From contig CAWJIE010000004.1 in NCBI GenBank assembly GCA_963842885.1, forward strand, positions 128,001 to 192,000: a stretch of 64,000 bases of DNA, written 5' to 3'. The DNA is from an uncultured Nitrososphaerota archaeon. GTDB lineage: Archaea > Thermoproteota > Nitrososphaeria > Conexivisphaerales > DTJL01. A model generated the notes under the pieces. The model was given only the letters and a program-made list of their open reading frames with translations, had not been told where the DNA came from and made no database searches. The position numbers and the translations under genes are program-made. Positions 52,401 through 61,685 of the stretch are shown one piece after another (within the stretch, counting starts at the first letter, position 1; the number at the start of each line of letters is the position of its first letter).

Positions 52401-52881
52401 AGCCTCCTGGATCCTTGAGGTCCTCGCCTGCTTCGATGAGCTGCTCATCGGAGAGGCCGAAGAGCGCGCAGAGGTTCGACTTTACCATCACGGGGAGGTC
52501 CCCGATGTGGAACTTCTGGGTGACCTGGCCGGCAGGGCCCAGTTGCGGATCGATTATTGTTATTTCGAGGTAGAGGGGAGCGCCGTAGGTGAGGTTCCTG
52601 AGCCTCGCCTCCGTCGGAAGGATGTAGCTTATTGAACCATCAATCTCGACGACGCGTGGGCGGTCCACTATGACCTTGCCGAACTTCACCTTGTAGGAGC
52701 CGCTAGCTGTCTCGATGTCGGCCTCGTTGACCTCATCTATGATGCTCTGGAGCCCCCGGGCGACGAATTCGTTGTACGAATTCAGGTGCTGCCTGGCTAC
52801 GCCTTCCTTCTTCAGTATGTCCTCTATTATCGGCCATCCGTCCGTAAGCGTGGTCGAAGAAGATTCCATCATAACCATCAA
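49500..52881 (-). CDS. rpoB: RNA polymerase subunit B (Rpo2), unsplit; frameshift ~50221
   Basis: GDKFAS-RHGQKG spans the break; [19 protein letters not shown]. Confidence 0.98.
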
Positions 52882-53129
52882 CCCTCGACAACGAGGCGGT
52901 AGTAGACACTGGAACCGGCGGTCTTGCTATTCCGACTTATCTTAATCAGGTCGCCCGGTTTGGCCTGCAGCTCCAGGACGACGGGGTCCGTCGTCAGAAT
53001 GTACGGGAGCTGCTCGAAGGTGGCGTTGTACCGTTTCAAGACGCCTTCCACCTCGTCCTTCAACACAATCTCGTGCTTGGGCACGTCACGGTGAGCTGAC
53101 GGCTTGACCTCCTTGACAACTTCAGCCAC
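52878..53129 (-). CDS. rpoH: RNA polymerase subunit H (Rpo5)
   Basis: VPKHEI, QLPYI...DP, KISRNSKTAG...YYR. Confidence 0.95.
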   Translation of the reverse strand: MAEVVKEVKPSAHRDVPKHEIVLKDEVEGVLKRYNATFEQLPYILTTDPVVLELQAKPGDLIKISRNSKTAGSSVYYRLVVEG

Positions 53130-53332
53130 GGGCAACCACCTAGCTGAGATTGCGCTCCAGCGCCGGACAGGAAGTGCCTTAAAAACCGAAGATATGTAAA
53201 CATACAAAATTTTCCGCAACAATAGCGCCAGAAGGTGTGTATTTAACTTTTCTGTCCATTCTGGTTCCGTCTCGCGGGCCCCTTTTTGCCAAATACTTAT
53301 TATCTGAGACGGTGGGCGGGGGAGTGGTAATC

Positions 53333-54385
53333 ATGAAAGTCCCATCGTATGTCGGAGCCTTCAAGGGAAAGGATTTCCTGAACACTCAGGATTTCTCGCA
53401 GGAGGAGCTCAACCAGGTGTTGGACGCCTCTTTCGACTTGCAGAAGAAGTTCAGGGCAAGGAAGGAGACGCCCTACCTCCCAGGAAGGACGCTCTTCATG
53501 CTCTTCTACAACCGGTCCCTTAGGACGCGGAACTCCTTCGAGGGCGGCATATACCAGCTGGGTGGGCATGCGCACTTCCTGAGCCCCCAGGACGTTTACA
53601 CCCCCTCTCTCCCGGAGGACATGGTGGCCTACCAGACGGAGGCCATCTCGGACGTCGCCAGGGTGCTCAGCAGGATGGGCGACTCTATCGCCATCAGGAT
53701 CTACGGTGACGCCGCGAAATGGAACATCGGAAGGGGGCACAAGGTCATTCAGGAGTTCGCCAAGTGGGCTTCGATCCCCGTTCTGAACATGGAGGACGAT
53801 ATGTACCACCCGTTCCAGGCAATGGCGGACATCATGGCCGCCAAGCAGGCGTCGCCTAAGCTAAAGGGTAAGAAGTTCGTGGTGTCCTACGCCTACTCCG
53901 GCGGCCTGAAGCCGCTAGCCGTGCCCCAGAACGAGGCGTTGATAACCACGCAGTTCGGCATGGACGTCGTGCTGGCCCACCCGAAGGGGTTCGAGCTGGA
54001 GGACGTCGTGACGAAGGCCTGCAAGCAGAACGCCGACAGGTACGGCGGGAGCTTCGAGGTCAGCTACGACATGAAGGACGCGTTCGAAGGGGCGGACTTC
54101 GTTTACCCCAAGGCGTGGTCGCCCAAGGAGTTCTTCCCTCCGCACAGCGCGAAGATGGACAAGGACGGCGCCACGGCCTACCAGTCGAAGTACAAGGACT
54201 GGATATGCACCATGAAGAGCCTGGACAGGACCAACAAGGCCTACTACATGCACTGCGGACCGGCCGACAGGGGGCAGGAAGTGACGGATGAAGTGATTGA
54301 TGAGAACAAAAGGTCGCTGTACTTCGAAGAGGCCGAGAACAGGCTGCACGTGCAGAAGGCGGTAATGGCCATGACGCTCCCCTAG
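53333..54385 (+). CDS. Ornithine carbamoyltransferase-superfamily enzyme, knotted (ArgF'/YgeW-like) type
   Basis: SLRTRNSF, HPFQ, YAYSGGLKPLAVPQ loop, KAW instead of DxWxSMG, HCGPADRG. Confidence 0.85.
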   Translation: MKVPSYVGAFKGKDFLNTQDFSQEELNQVLDASFDLQKKFRARKETPYLPGRTLFMLFYNRSLRTRNSFEGGIYQLGGHAHFLSPQDVYTPSLPEDMVAYQTEAISDVARVLSRMGDSIAIRIYGDAAKWNIGRGHKVIQEFAKWASIPVLNMEDDMYHPFQAMADIMAAKQASPKLKGKKFVVSYAYSGGLKPLAVPQNEALITTQFGMDVVLAHPKGFELEDVVTKACKQNADRYGGSFEVSYDMKDAFEGADFVYPKAWSPKEFFPPHSAKMDKDGATAYQSKYKDWICTMKSLDRTNKAYYMHCGPADRGQEVTDEVIDENKRSLYFEEAENRLHVQKAVMAMTLP

Positions 54386-54467
54386 GCACCTAGACGCTAC
54401 ACTGCCGTCATTAGGGAGTTCCGCAACCCTAGTCTTAATAACGGGGGGATTTCAACCAAGTCAGAAC

Positions 54468-54565
54468 GGGCCCGTAGCTCAGCCAGGTAGAGCGCCGGGC
54501 TTTTATGGCCGACCGCGGTCAAAGCGACCCGGGTGTCTCGGGTCCGATTCCCGACGGGCCCGCCA
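54468..54565 (+). tRNA. tRNA-Lys(TTT) with canonical intron 54506-54526, CCA encoded
   Basis: GGGCCCG/CGGGCCC, CCGGG-CT-TTT-A..A-CCCGG, T-arm TCGGG-TCCGATT-CCCGA. Confidence 0.95.
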
Positions 54566-54995
54566 AACATTCTTCGTCCTCGCACTTGAGGTACTCCTTC
54601 AATCGCGGGACGCCGACGTACCCTCCCAGCTTCCCCGCCAGGGCGCTCTCCACCAGGGGAGAGACCTTCCCTTTCCTCATAGCCCAGAGGAAGGTGGGCC
54701 ACCCCAAGACGAGCACCATCCTATAAGGAGCCGACGAGGACACCAGGACGACCCTTCCCCTCCTGCAGTAGGGCTTAAGAGGTCCGGGCACGGTCACCAG
54801 GCCCAGGCCGGTCACTTTGGCCACCCAGTCTCTGCCCCTGAGGCGGCGAGCCCTAGTGAGGGCGACGGAGAAGGCCATGCCGGGACCTGCCTTCCAGTAC
54901 TTTCCCTCTTCGATGCTGGAGGCCAGCTCTCCGATTTCCCTGTGGGTGCAGCTGGGATACATCCTGCCCAGTTTGACCGTAAGGCGGGGGTCCAA
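54519..54995 (-). CDS. Hypothetical protein whose 3' end overlaps tRNA-Lys antisense
   Basis: 158-aa ORF; TATA-like TTAAAT on the minus strand about 27 nt upstream; no recognised family. Confidence 0.5.
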   Translation of the reverse strand: MDPRLTVKLGRMYPSCTHREIGELASSIEEGKYWKAGPGMAFSVALTRARRLRGRDWVAKVTGLGLVTVPGPLKPYCRRGRVVLVSSSAPYRMVLVLGWPTFLWAMRKGKVSPLVESALAGKLGGYVGVPRLKEYLKCEDEECLAGPSGIGPETPGSL

Positions 54996-55023
54996 TCGCC
55001 CTTTGGAAGAAGCTCTCTCGGAT

Positions 55024-55527
55024 TTAAGCAGGACTGAGAGTAGTGACGGGCTCCATGTGAATTGTCATGTAGACGTCACCGCCGAAGAGCTCCTTGACCT
55101 TGTCCTCCAGCAATGTGACGGCATCATGGATTTCCGAGAGCTGGGCGGAGCCCTGCGCCACACAGCTGATGTTCACGTACTGGACGTCGCCCATCACTTC
55201 GACGGTGACATTCCTCAGCAGCAACGAAGAAGAGGTCGTGATGAAGGACTTGACCTCCTCGATCTTGTCGAAGACTTGGACGGTCTCCAGCGGTTCGGTG
55301 TGCACCACTATGCTGGCGATATGGCCGTTGACTTCCCTTATCTTTGCCTCTACCGTGTCGGCCACTGCGTGCACGCCGGCCACCGTGGCATGGGGGTCGA
55401 CCCCCACATGAAGGCGCACGTTGTACGAGCCATTCACTTCGGACACCGTCTCGGCGCGGGTTCCTATAAGGATACCATCACGTAGTCGATGAGAGTGGGA
55501 GCACGTCATTCTGTCCGCTTCGGACAT
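55024..55527 (-). CDS. Stand-alone tandem cation-efflux C-terminal (ZT dimerisation) domains
   Basis: Two repeats ending in H...H..A..VE..I......VVHTEP and IH.....LE..V......IHMEP. Confidence 0.7.
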   Translation of the reverse strand: MSEADRMTCSHSHRLRDGILIGTRAETVSEVNGSYNVRLHVGVDPHATVAGVHAVADTVEAKIREVNGHIASIVVHTEPLETVQVFDKIEEVKSFITTSSSLLLRNVTVEVMGDVQYVNISCVAQGSAQLSEIHDAVTLLEDKVKELFGGDVYMTIHMEPVTTLSPA

Positions 55528-55689
55528 CGCCTGCGGAGGGCTTCGATGAGAGCGCGGGCTCCGCTGGCCGCCGCTGCTTTTGTCGATTCAACAGGACATG
55601 CTTTCAAAGGACCGCGAAGGAGCCGAAGCGCTTGGGAAGGTGACCATCGTAAAAGGATAAAAACCCCCTTTCAGACTTTCGGCAGTGGA

Positions 55690-55787
55690 GCCCAAGTCGT
55701 ATAGCCCGGCCTAGTATGTCCGCCTGTCACGCGGACGACGCGAGTTGGTCCAAGACCACGCGAATTCAAATCTCGCCTTGGGCGCCA
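55690..55787 (+). tRNA. tRNA-Asp(GTC) with T-arm intron (53/54, 55745-55764), CCA encoded
   Basis: GCCCAAG/CTTGGGC, TCCGC-CT-GTC-AC-GCGGA; perfect BHB CGCG-AGT-TGGTC/GACCA-CGCG-AAT. Confidence 0.95.
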
Positions 55788-56016
55788 TTTCTGTCGTTCA
55801 AATAGCGAGCGCTATACTCATGATGGGTTAGGCTGCTTGACCGTTGCTGCAGAAAGGGTCACGGTATCCTCTATTCCGCTCTAAGGCCATCTTATCCAGG
55901 TGCGGTAGCTGACGCCCAGCACACTCGTTTGGATGAGCTCGTGGGCCCCATCAGAAATCTGTGCAACAGTGAGGGCGCGAACAGCTCTGCTTCTGGTCGT
56001 TCGCCATTGTGACTTC

Positions 56017-56736
56017 CTACCCTCTGGCCCCCATCTGCCAGCCTAAGAGGACCAGGTTCAGCTCGCGCGCAGAGGAATCGTCCAGGCGCATCACATGGAT
56101 TCCGTTCACGAAAGCCAGTCCCACCTTTCTCGCCACGACTACCTTCTTCAGCCATGCCAAGTCCCTGGTCATAGATGTGAAGAACCAGTAGATTCGAACG
56201 TCGAGGCTTACCTTGAACGCGACCAGAGTGTCTCCCTGGTCCTTCATCATGTAGATATCGGTCCTGAGGTCTGGCTGGGTCTTGATCGTCCAGCCCTCGA
56301 CCCGGATGACCGGCAGGTACACACCAGGCTCCGGTTCCGCTGTCTCCAGCATCTCCTCATCTATCAACTCCTTCTCGATGCCGGGAGTCTCAACGCGTGG
56401 GGCGAAGTCATACGCTATCCCCATCCTTTCCCGCAAGCTACGGCTGGCTTCATCAATCTCCTCCAATACTTCGGCTTCGTCGTCGGCGTCGGCCAAGGCC
56501 CTAAGGAGGTCCTGCGTTCTGCCGTACTCAGGCTCCTCTCTCCTCAGGTCGGATTCGATGATGGCGCCGTCCCCACTAGTGAACTCCCTCAGCTCAAGGC
56601 CTAGCGAGCCGCACTTGCTGCAGGCCGAAGTCGCGACGATACCAGCTAGCTCTGCGGGCTGGCGGCGAAGCGATAGCGACGGGTTCACCGGGAAGGGGAG
56701 GGGTCCGCAGCTCCTGCAAACCACAAAGCAGACCAA
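56017..56736 (-). CDS. Hypothetical protein with N-terminal Zn ribbon
   Basis: CRSC and CSKC pairs, acidic middle, host-like codon usage. Confidence 0.6.
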   Translation of the reverse strand: MVCFVVCRSCGPLPFPVNPSLSLRRQPAELAGIVATSACSKCGSLGLELREFTSGDGAIIESDLRREEPEYGRTQDLLRALADADDEAEVLEEIDEASRSLRERMGIAYDFAPRVETPGIEKELIDEEMLETAEPEPGVYLPVIRVEGWTIKTQPDLRTDIYMMKDQGDTLVAFKVSLDVRIYWFFTSMTRDLAWLKKVVVARKVGLAFVNGIHVMRLDDSSARELNLVLLGWQMGARG

Positions 56737-56905
56737 TACTTGGTAAGTTCAGGGGAACCATCTGAAAAAGGTTGCCCGCCAGGGCGCGCTTCGCGTATCC
56801 AAGGACGCAAGGACTGCTTGATGAAATCCCCACGACATTGAAGCCTTCCCTCTTCACGGGGATGCTCGAAAGCTTATAGGGTAACGACGGAGCCATGGGC
56901 TGGAA

Positions 56906-57979
56906 ATGGCAGGAAGGCATGCGCGCGGCTCGGTCACCTTGGGCTATCTCGCCGTAGCCGGACTGCTGCTGCTCGTCGTCGCTACGATCCTAGTGGTCGC
57001 CCCCCTCGCCGTGGGAGACTTGGAGCCACTCATACAGGGCCTGGACCAGGGAGTGGGCCAAGTGCTCGTCGCCCCTGTCAACGGGACCTCCAATTCTCCC
57101 GTTCTCCTCTACGGCAACTCTCCGCTGCCTTCCGACTACTCCGTGCTAGTCAACTTCACTTTGCAGCTCATCAACCAAGACAGGAGCACCGCGGGCGGCC
57201 TCGCGGCGGTGAGCCTGGATCCGCAGCTGGCCGCCCAGCAGCACGCCTATAGCATGCTCATCAACGGTTACTTGAGCCACTGGGACACGCAAGGTCTGAA
57301 GCCCTACATGCGATACACCATTGCCGGCGGGAGTGAATACGTATCTGAGAACGTGGCGTTCATACAGGCAATCGGGAACTACAGGACCACCGCTTCGGTC
57401 GAAGATGCCGTAAAGAGGCTGGAGTATGAAATGGTCTACAATGACGCCTCACATGACTGGGGGCACAGGGACAACATCCTCGATCCGTATCACACCGGCG
57501 TTTCGATAGGCATAGCCTACAACGCCGACAGCGTATATCTGGTGCAGGACTTCACAAGCGATTATCTGAATTGGACGGCTCCCATAACCATGAGCGGGAC
57601 GGGGATCGTCACCCTCTCGGGGACCTTGTCCGGAGCCAACGGAGTGACAGGCGACAGCATACAGATGGTGCAGGTCTTCTACGACCCGACACCCTCTCCG
57701 CTGAACGCATCCCAGCTTTCGGGCTCTCCATACAATGGTGAATATGGGGAAGGGACTTTCGTAGCTGGCGTGGTGCAGCAGGGGTTCCTGGTGCCTCAGG
57801 GCGCTACCGTGACGGCGAGCCAGTGGGAGGCCAGCCAGACGAGCATTTCCATGACCTTCAACCTTGGACCTGTCATAAGGTCGAGCGGACCAGGGTGCTA
57901 TACCCTCTACATGGCATGGCAAAGCTCTTCAGGGGAGCAGATCCTTCTGACCAGCGACACGATCTTCGTCAACGCCTAG
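56906..57979 (+). CDS. Membrane-anchored CAP (SCP-like) domain protein
   Basis: N-terminal TM; LIN.DR, AAQQHA..M, SHW, ENVA, WGHRDNIL, VSIGIA. Confidence 0.9.
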   Translation: MAGRHARGSVTLGYLAVAGLLLLVVATILVVAPLAVGDLEPLIQGLDQGVGQVLVAPVNGTSNSPVLLYGNSPLPSDYSVLVNFTLQLINQDRSTAGGLAAVSLDPQLAAQQHAYSMLINGYLSHWDTQGLKPYMRYTIAGGSEYVSENVAFIQAIGNYRTTASVEDAVKRLEYEMVYNDASHDWGHRDNILDPYHTGVSIGIAYNADSVYLVQDFTSDYLNWTAPITMSGTGIVTLSGTLSGANGVTGDSIQMVQVFYDPTPSPLNASQLSGSPYNGEYGEGTFVAGVVQQGFLVPQGATVTASQWEASQTSISMTFNLGPVIRSSGPGCYTLYMAWQSSSGEQILLTSDTIFVNA

Positions 57980-58083
57980 GAGGGGCCCCGGCAGAGCCGC
58001 CTTCGCGCGCGATAGAGAAGTATTAATTACGCGACCTTGATAACCTTGGTTGGTGTAATCAGACGTCTAAATCCCGTGAAGCT

Positions 58084-58632
58084 TTGAAACCTATGCTGCA
58101 GAACGCGATGAACACGCTCACAACTGTCACCAAGCTCCTTGACGATAGAGAGTACAGGTTGAAGAACAAGGATGCGGAGGTGTTCGGCAAGATAGTCAGC
58201 GCCCTTAAGGCTAACGACTCGTCGCGGGCCAAGATGCTCGCCAGCGAGCTGTCCGAGCTTAGGAAGACGGAGAAGACTGTCATGAAGTCGAAGCTCGCGT
58301 TCAACGCCATCGTGCTCAGGATGGAGACCGTCAAGGACTTGGGCGACTTCAACTATATCATGGGGCCCGCCATCGCGGTGGCTGCCACGCTGCAGAAGCA
58401 ACTGGCCAAGGTCATGCCAGAGGCTAGCGGGACCATCAGTGACTCGTTCACCAGCCTGCAACAGACGATGTCCGAAGCCGGGCAGCTGACGGGAGGCTCG
58501 TTCAACGTGTCGTTGGCCAACGAAGAGGCCGAGAGCATCATAAGGGAGGCCGCCGCCGCCGCAGAAGAGCAGGCGAGGCAGAAGTTCCCCGAGGTGCCTT
58601 CTCGGGTCAGGCAGCTGGAGTCGGGGACCTAG
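58084..58632 (+). CDS. ESCRT-III/Snf7 (CdvB-like) protein
   Basis: RAKMLASELSELRK, LRMETV..LGD, EEAE.II.EA, KFPEVP. Confidence 0.88.
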   Translation: MKPMLQNAMNTLTTVTKLLDDREYRLKNKDAEVFGKIVSALKANDSSRAKMLASELSELRKTEKTVMKSKLAFNAIVLRMETVKDLGDFNYIMGPAIAVAATLQKQLAKVMPEASGTISDSFTSLQQTMSEAGQLTGGSFNVSLANEEAESIIREAAAAAEEQARQKFPEVPSRVRQLESGT

Positions 58633-59057
58633 AAGCTTAGCATAGCTATTCCCGTCACAGGGTCCACCTTCCTTTCCAATTTCACACCATCGACCTCCAC
58701 CAGATGGACCTCTCCCACGAAGACTTCTGTTCCCCGCATGAGATGACCGCCGAATGCCTTACCCTCCCTGTCGGAGAAGACGACGTGGCAGTGTATCCTT
58801 GGGCGGCCGTCAAGAACGCCGAAGTTGCCGGAGCACGACACGATCTCCAGCTCCTCATTCTTGCTGATGTTGACGTACTTGTGGTTCGCCTGGTCGTAGA
58901 ACGTGAACCCGGCCTTGCCGACCGCTCCAATGGCGGTGAATACCCCTCCGACCACACCAGATTCGGCGGCTAGCTTCTCAAGAGACTCCAGGAGATCGCT
59001 GCCCCTCTGGAGGTTGGCGATTATCACTCTCCCTGCCCTGCCTTGGACTGTGCCCAA
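58629..59057 (-). CDS. PPC-domain (DUF296) protein
   Basis: L..G.DLL..L, AIGAV, EIVSCSGN, IHCHVVFS. Confidence 0.9.
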   Translation of the reverse strand: MGTVQGRAGRVIIANLQRGSDLLESLEKLAAESGVVGGVFTAIGAVGKAGFTFYDQANHKYVNISKNEELEIVSCSGNFGVLDGRPRIHCHVVFSDREGKAFGGHLMRGTEVFVGEVHLVEVDGVKLERKVDPVTGIAMLSF

Positions 59058-59146
59058 ATGATTGTCGCTAGGGAGGCAGCGCGGACCGAAATAAGAACGT
59101 TGACGAAGCCCTTCTATCCTCCTTCGACCCAAGGGGAGGGCCTCCC

Positions 59147-59422
59147 TCATCCACCCGCAACCAACCGTGAGGCTAGTCCGCGAAGGGCCCCATGCATAGA
59201 TGATCCCGGCCTAGCAAGTCTCCGGAAAGGAGAAACGGGTTGGATGCCTTTTCGTCGCCTATGGTGGACTCCCCCCTTATGCCCGGGATGGATCATGGTC
59301 TGGCCTGGGAGGGAGATCAGTCCTTTCAGGGAGCACGTCGCCAGACGACATAGCTCGTCCTCCTGAAGGAATCTCCTCTCCTGCGGAGTAAAGACAACTT
59401 TCACAGATGGCCCCAGCGCCAA
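59147..59422 (-). pseudogene. Degraded PPOX-class (pyridoxamine 5'-phosphate oxidase-like) gene
   Basis: N-terminal FTPQERRFL...LCRLAT...G is typical; the remainder is unrecognisable. Confidence 0.4.
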
Positions 59423-59442
59423 GTCAATGTAAGAACTGTTTC

Positions 59443-59985
59443 CTAGGGAGACTTCGGAGGTGAGGAGGGGACGACGAGACGCCTTCCGTTGTAGTCGACG
59501 TTCGTGACCAGGTCAATGGCTTTCCTGAGCGTGTTTGACGCAAAGCACTGCCTCTCCGCATCCCTGCAGAGCTTCTCTACACGAGCGTCGCCTTCGGTGC
59601 CCGAGATCTTGACGTCGTAAATCATATTAGTGAAGGCTCCCTCAATCTTCCTGTCGAAGTGGCCACGGGCTGTGATTGAGAGTGAGTCGATCTTGAGCTC
59701 TCCCAGCATGGAGAGCTTGGCAAGCTGGGTGAGAAGACAGGTCGCCGCGCCCAAGACGAAGTAACTTAGGGGTGCGGGGCCAGTGGCGTCACCTCCGCGA
59801 AACGGAGGCTCGTCTACGGTCAGGGGGAACTTGAACTCCGTGCCCTCCCAACAGACAGCTGAAAGGCGAAGCTGTTTCGCGTGGCTGGCGTCAACTCTGA
59901 CTGTGCCGATGGGGCGGACGCTGTCTGGGAGCAGCTCGTCATTGTCTTTTTGAAGTGCCTTAAGGTGAGATGGGTCCGACTTCAA
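59443..59985 (-). CDS. OsmC-family protein
   Basis: DEP...GG..TGPAPL.YF...A.C, second Cys in CFASNTL. Confidence 0.88.
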   Translation of the reverse strand: MKSDPSHLKALQKDNDELLPDSVRPIGTVRVDASHAKQLRLSAVCWEGTEFKFPLTVDEPPFRGGDATGPAPLSYFVLGAATCLLTQLAKLSMLGELKIDSLSITARGHFDRKIEGAFTNMIYDVKISGTEGDARVEKLCRDAERQCFASNTLRKAIDLVTNVDYNGRRLVVPSSPPKSP

Positions 59986-60092
59986 GGATACGTCAGAAGT
60001 CTCAGGAGGGTGTCAGCTAGATATGTCTTCCCGAGAAGCGAGAGGTGATCAGGCGATCGCCTTTTAACCGGACGTCGGCATGATGCCTTCAA

Positions 60093-60839
60093 ATGTGCCG
60101 GATGCTGGCCTGTCTGACAACCGAGAGCCTGCCGGAAGGACTGCTGACTCAGTTTCGCCGACTTTCGCATGAAGGCAAGGTCCCCCCGAAGGCGACTCCG
60201 GGCCACCTCTCTGGGTGGGGAGTATACGCTTCTGACTTCGGAAGCTCGACCCTTCACTACCGTAGCAGGAAGGACGCATGGGATGACCCTTCGTTCGATA
60301 TAGTCAGGGAGGTCGTGGGGGATCTCTCGGGCGCCCGCGCGTTCATGGTCCACCTGCGAAAGGCGTCAATCGGCGCTCCCCGCGTGGTCAACAGCCATCC
60401 CTTCGTGGTCGACGGAAAGGTCTTTATGCATAACGGAAGCATAAAGGGCCTGTCCAGTTCCTTCTCGGCGTCGCGGGCAGCCGTCGGTCAGACGGACAGC
60501 GAGAAGTTCTTCCTCCTTCTGCTGGACAGCCTCGGGGACAAGAAGATGCCAGCGGCGCTGAGTGAGGTCTTGCCCAAGCTCGAGACGATGGACTACTCCT
60601 CGCTGACCTTCATCATGCTGGACGGCCCCTCACTGTACGCCTATCGTCACTTCGGAAGGTATGAGGACTACTACACGCTGTACTATGCTCAGACCCGAGG
60701 CTCCGTGCTATTCTCCTCTGAACCCCTGACTTCCAGGCTTGATTGGCATCCTATCGGGAACAGGGAGCTAATGCGGGCTCGTCTGGATGGGCGAAGGCCA
60801 GAGTTAGAACGATGCGTCATCCCCCAGCTCGTGGCCTAG
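60093..60839 (+). CDS. Class II glutamine amidotransferase (YafJ/EgtC-like)
   Basis: MCRM, GWG, HLRKAS, NSHPF, HNG, TDSE, SEPL. Confidence 0.92.
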   Translation: MCRMLACLTTESLPEGLLTQFRRLSHEGKVPPKATPGHLSGWGVYASDFGSSTLHYRSRKDAWDDPSFDIVREVVGDLSGARAFMVHLRKASIGAPRVVNSHPFVVDGKVFMHNGSIKGLSSSFSASRAAVGQTDSEKFFLLLLDSLGDKKMPAALSEVLPKLETMDYSSLTFIMLDGPSLYAYRHFGRYEDYYTLYYAQTRGSVLFSSEPLTSRLDWHPIGNRELMRARLDGRRPELERCVIPQLVA

Positions 60840-60878
60840 GGAAAGCGTTATACATTGCGCGACCCCCCGCCAGCCTGC

Positions 60879-61682
60879 ATGAAGATCTGTCTCGCCCAAG
60901 TCGCTGTCACGCCTTCGAAGGAGGAGAACCTGGGCAAGGTCATCTCCGTAATCGATCACCTGGACGCGGGGACCAAGCTCGTGGTGTTCCCTGAATACAG
61001 CATGGGCTTCCCGAATGCGGGCCTGAGCCGCAGATATGTGGAAGAGACCTCCGAAGAGATGGAGGGGAGTTTCGTCGGCGCGGTAGCTTCTTTGAGCAAG
61101 GAGAAGGGTGTGAGCGTCCTCCTCCCGATTCTCGAGAGGGGTCGTGGGCACCTTTACAACACCGCCGTCGTGATAGCCGGAGGGAAGGTACTGGGGGGCT
61201 ACAGGAAGACGAAGCTGTTCGACGCGTTCGGCTACAGGGAGTCCGACTTATTCGGGACGGGGTCCGAACTCGTCCTTTTCGAGCTTGGGTCGATCTCGTT
61301 CGGCACGGTGATCTGCTACGACATCAGGTTCCCCGAGCTGGTCAAGAAGCAAGCCATGGCTGGGGCCGATGTGATATTGGTACCTGCGGCGTGGTACAGG
61401 GGACAGATGAAGGAGGAACAATGGCAGACTCTGCTGATGTGCAGGGCCCATGAGAACACCTCATATGTCGTCGGCGTCGGGAACGCCAACGAGGCCTTCA
61501 TCGGCAGGAGCATGGTGGTCAGCCCGTCTGGCATCAAGGCGTTGGATCTCGGCGGAGGCGAATCCGTTGGATACTTCGACTTGGACTCCCGCGTCGTCTC
61601 CGATGCCCGCCGGAAACTCCCCGTCTTGAGGCAGTCTACAGAAAGGGCTCTAGCCTGCCGTGTCTTGGAAAGGGGCCGATAG
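60879..61682 (+). CDS. Carbon-nitrogen hydrolase (nitrilase family)
   Basis: VFPE, YRK, ICYDIRFPE catalytic triad, RAHEN. Confidence 0.94.
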   Translation: MKICLAQVAVTPSKEENLGKVISVIDHLDAGTKLVVFPEYSMGFPNAGLSRRYVEETSEEMEGSFVGAVASLSKEKGVSVLLPILERGRGHLYNTAVVIAGGKVLGGYRKTKLFDAFGYRESDLFGTGSELVLFELGSISFGTVICYDIRFPELVKKQAMAGADVILVPAAWYRGQMKEEQWQTLLMCRAHENTSYVVGVGNANEAFIGRSMVVSPSGIKALDLGGGESVGYFDLDSRVVSDARRKLPVLRQSTERALACRVLERGR

Positions 61683-61685
61683 AGT

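Noticed and set aside
13703-52881. Split or pseudogenised leuS, alaS, rps7, rpoB, or programmed frameshifting
   Set aside because: Essential genes are broken inside conserved motifs (e.g. FAS-RHGQKG) with no shared slippery site; sequencing error is far more likely
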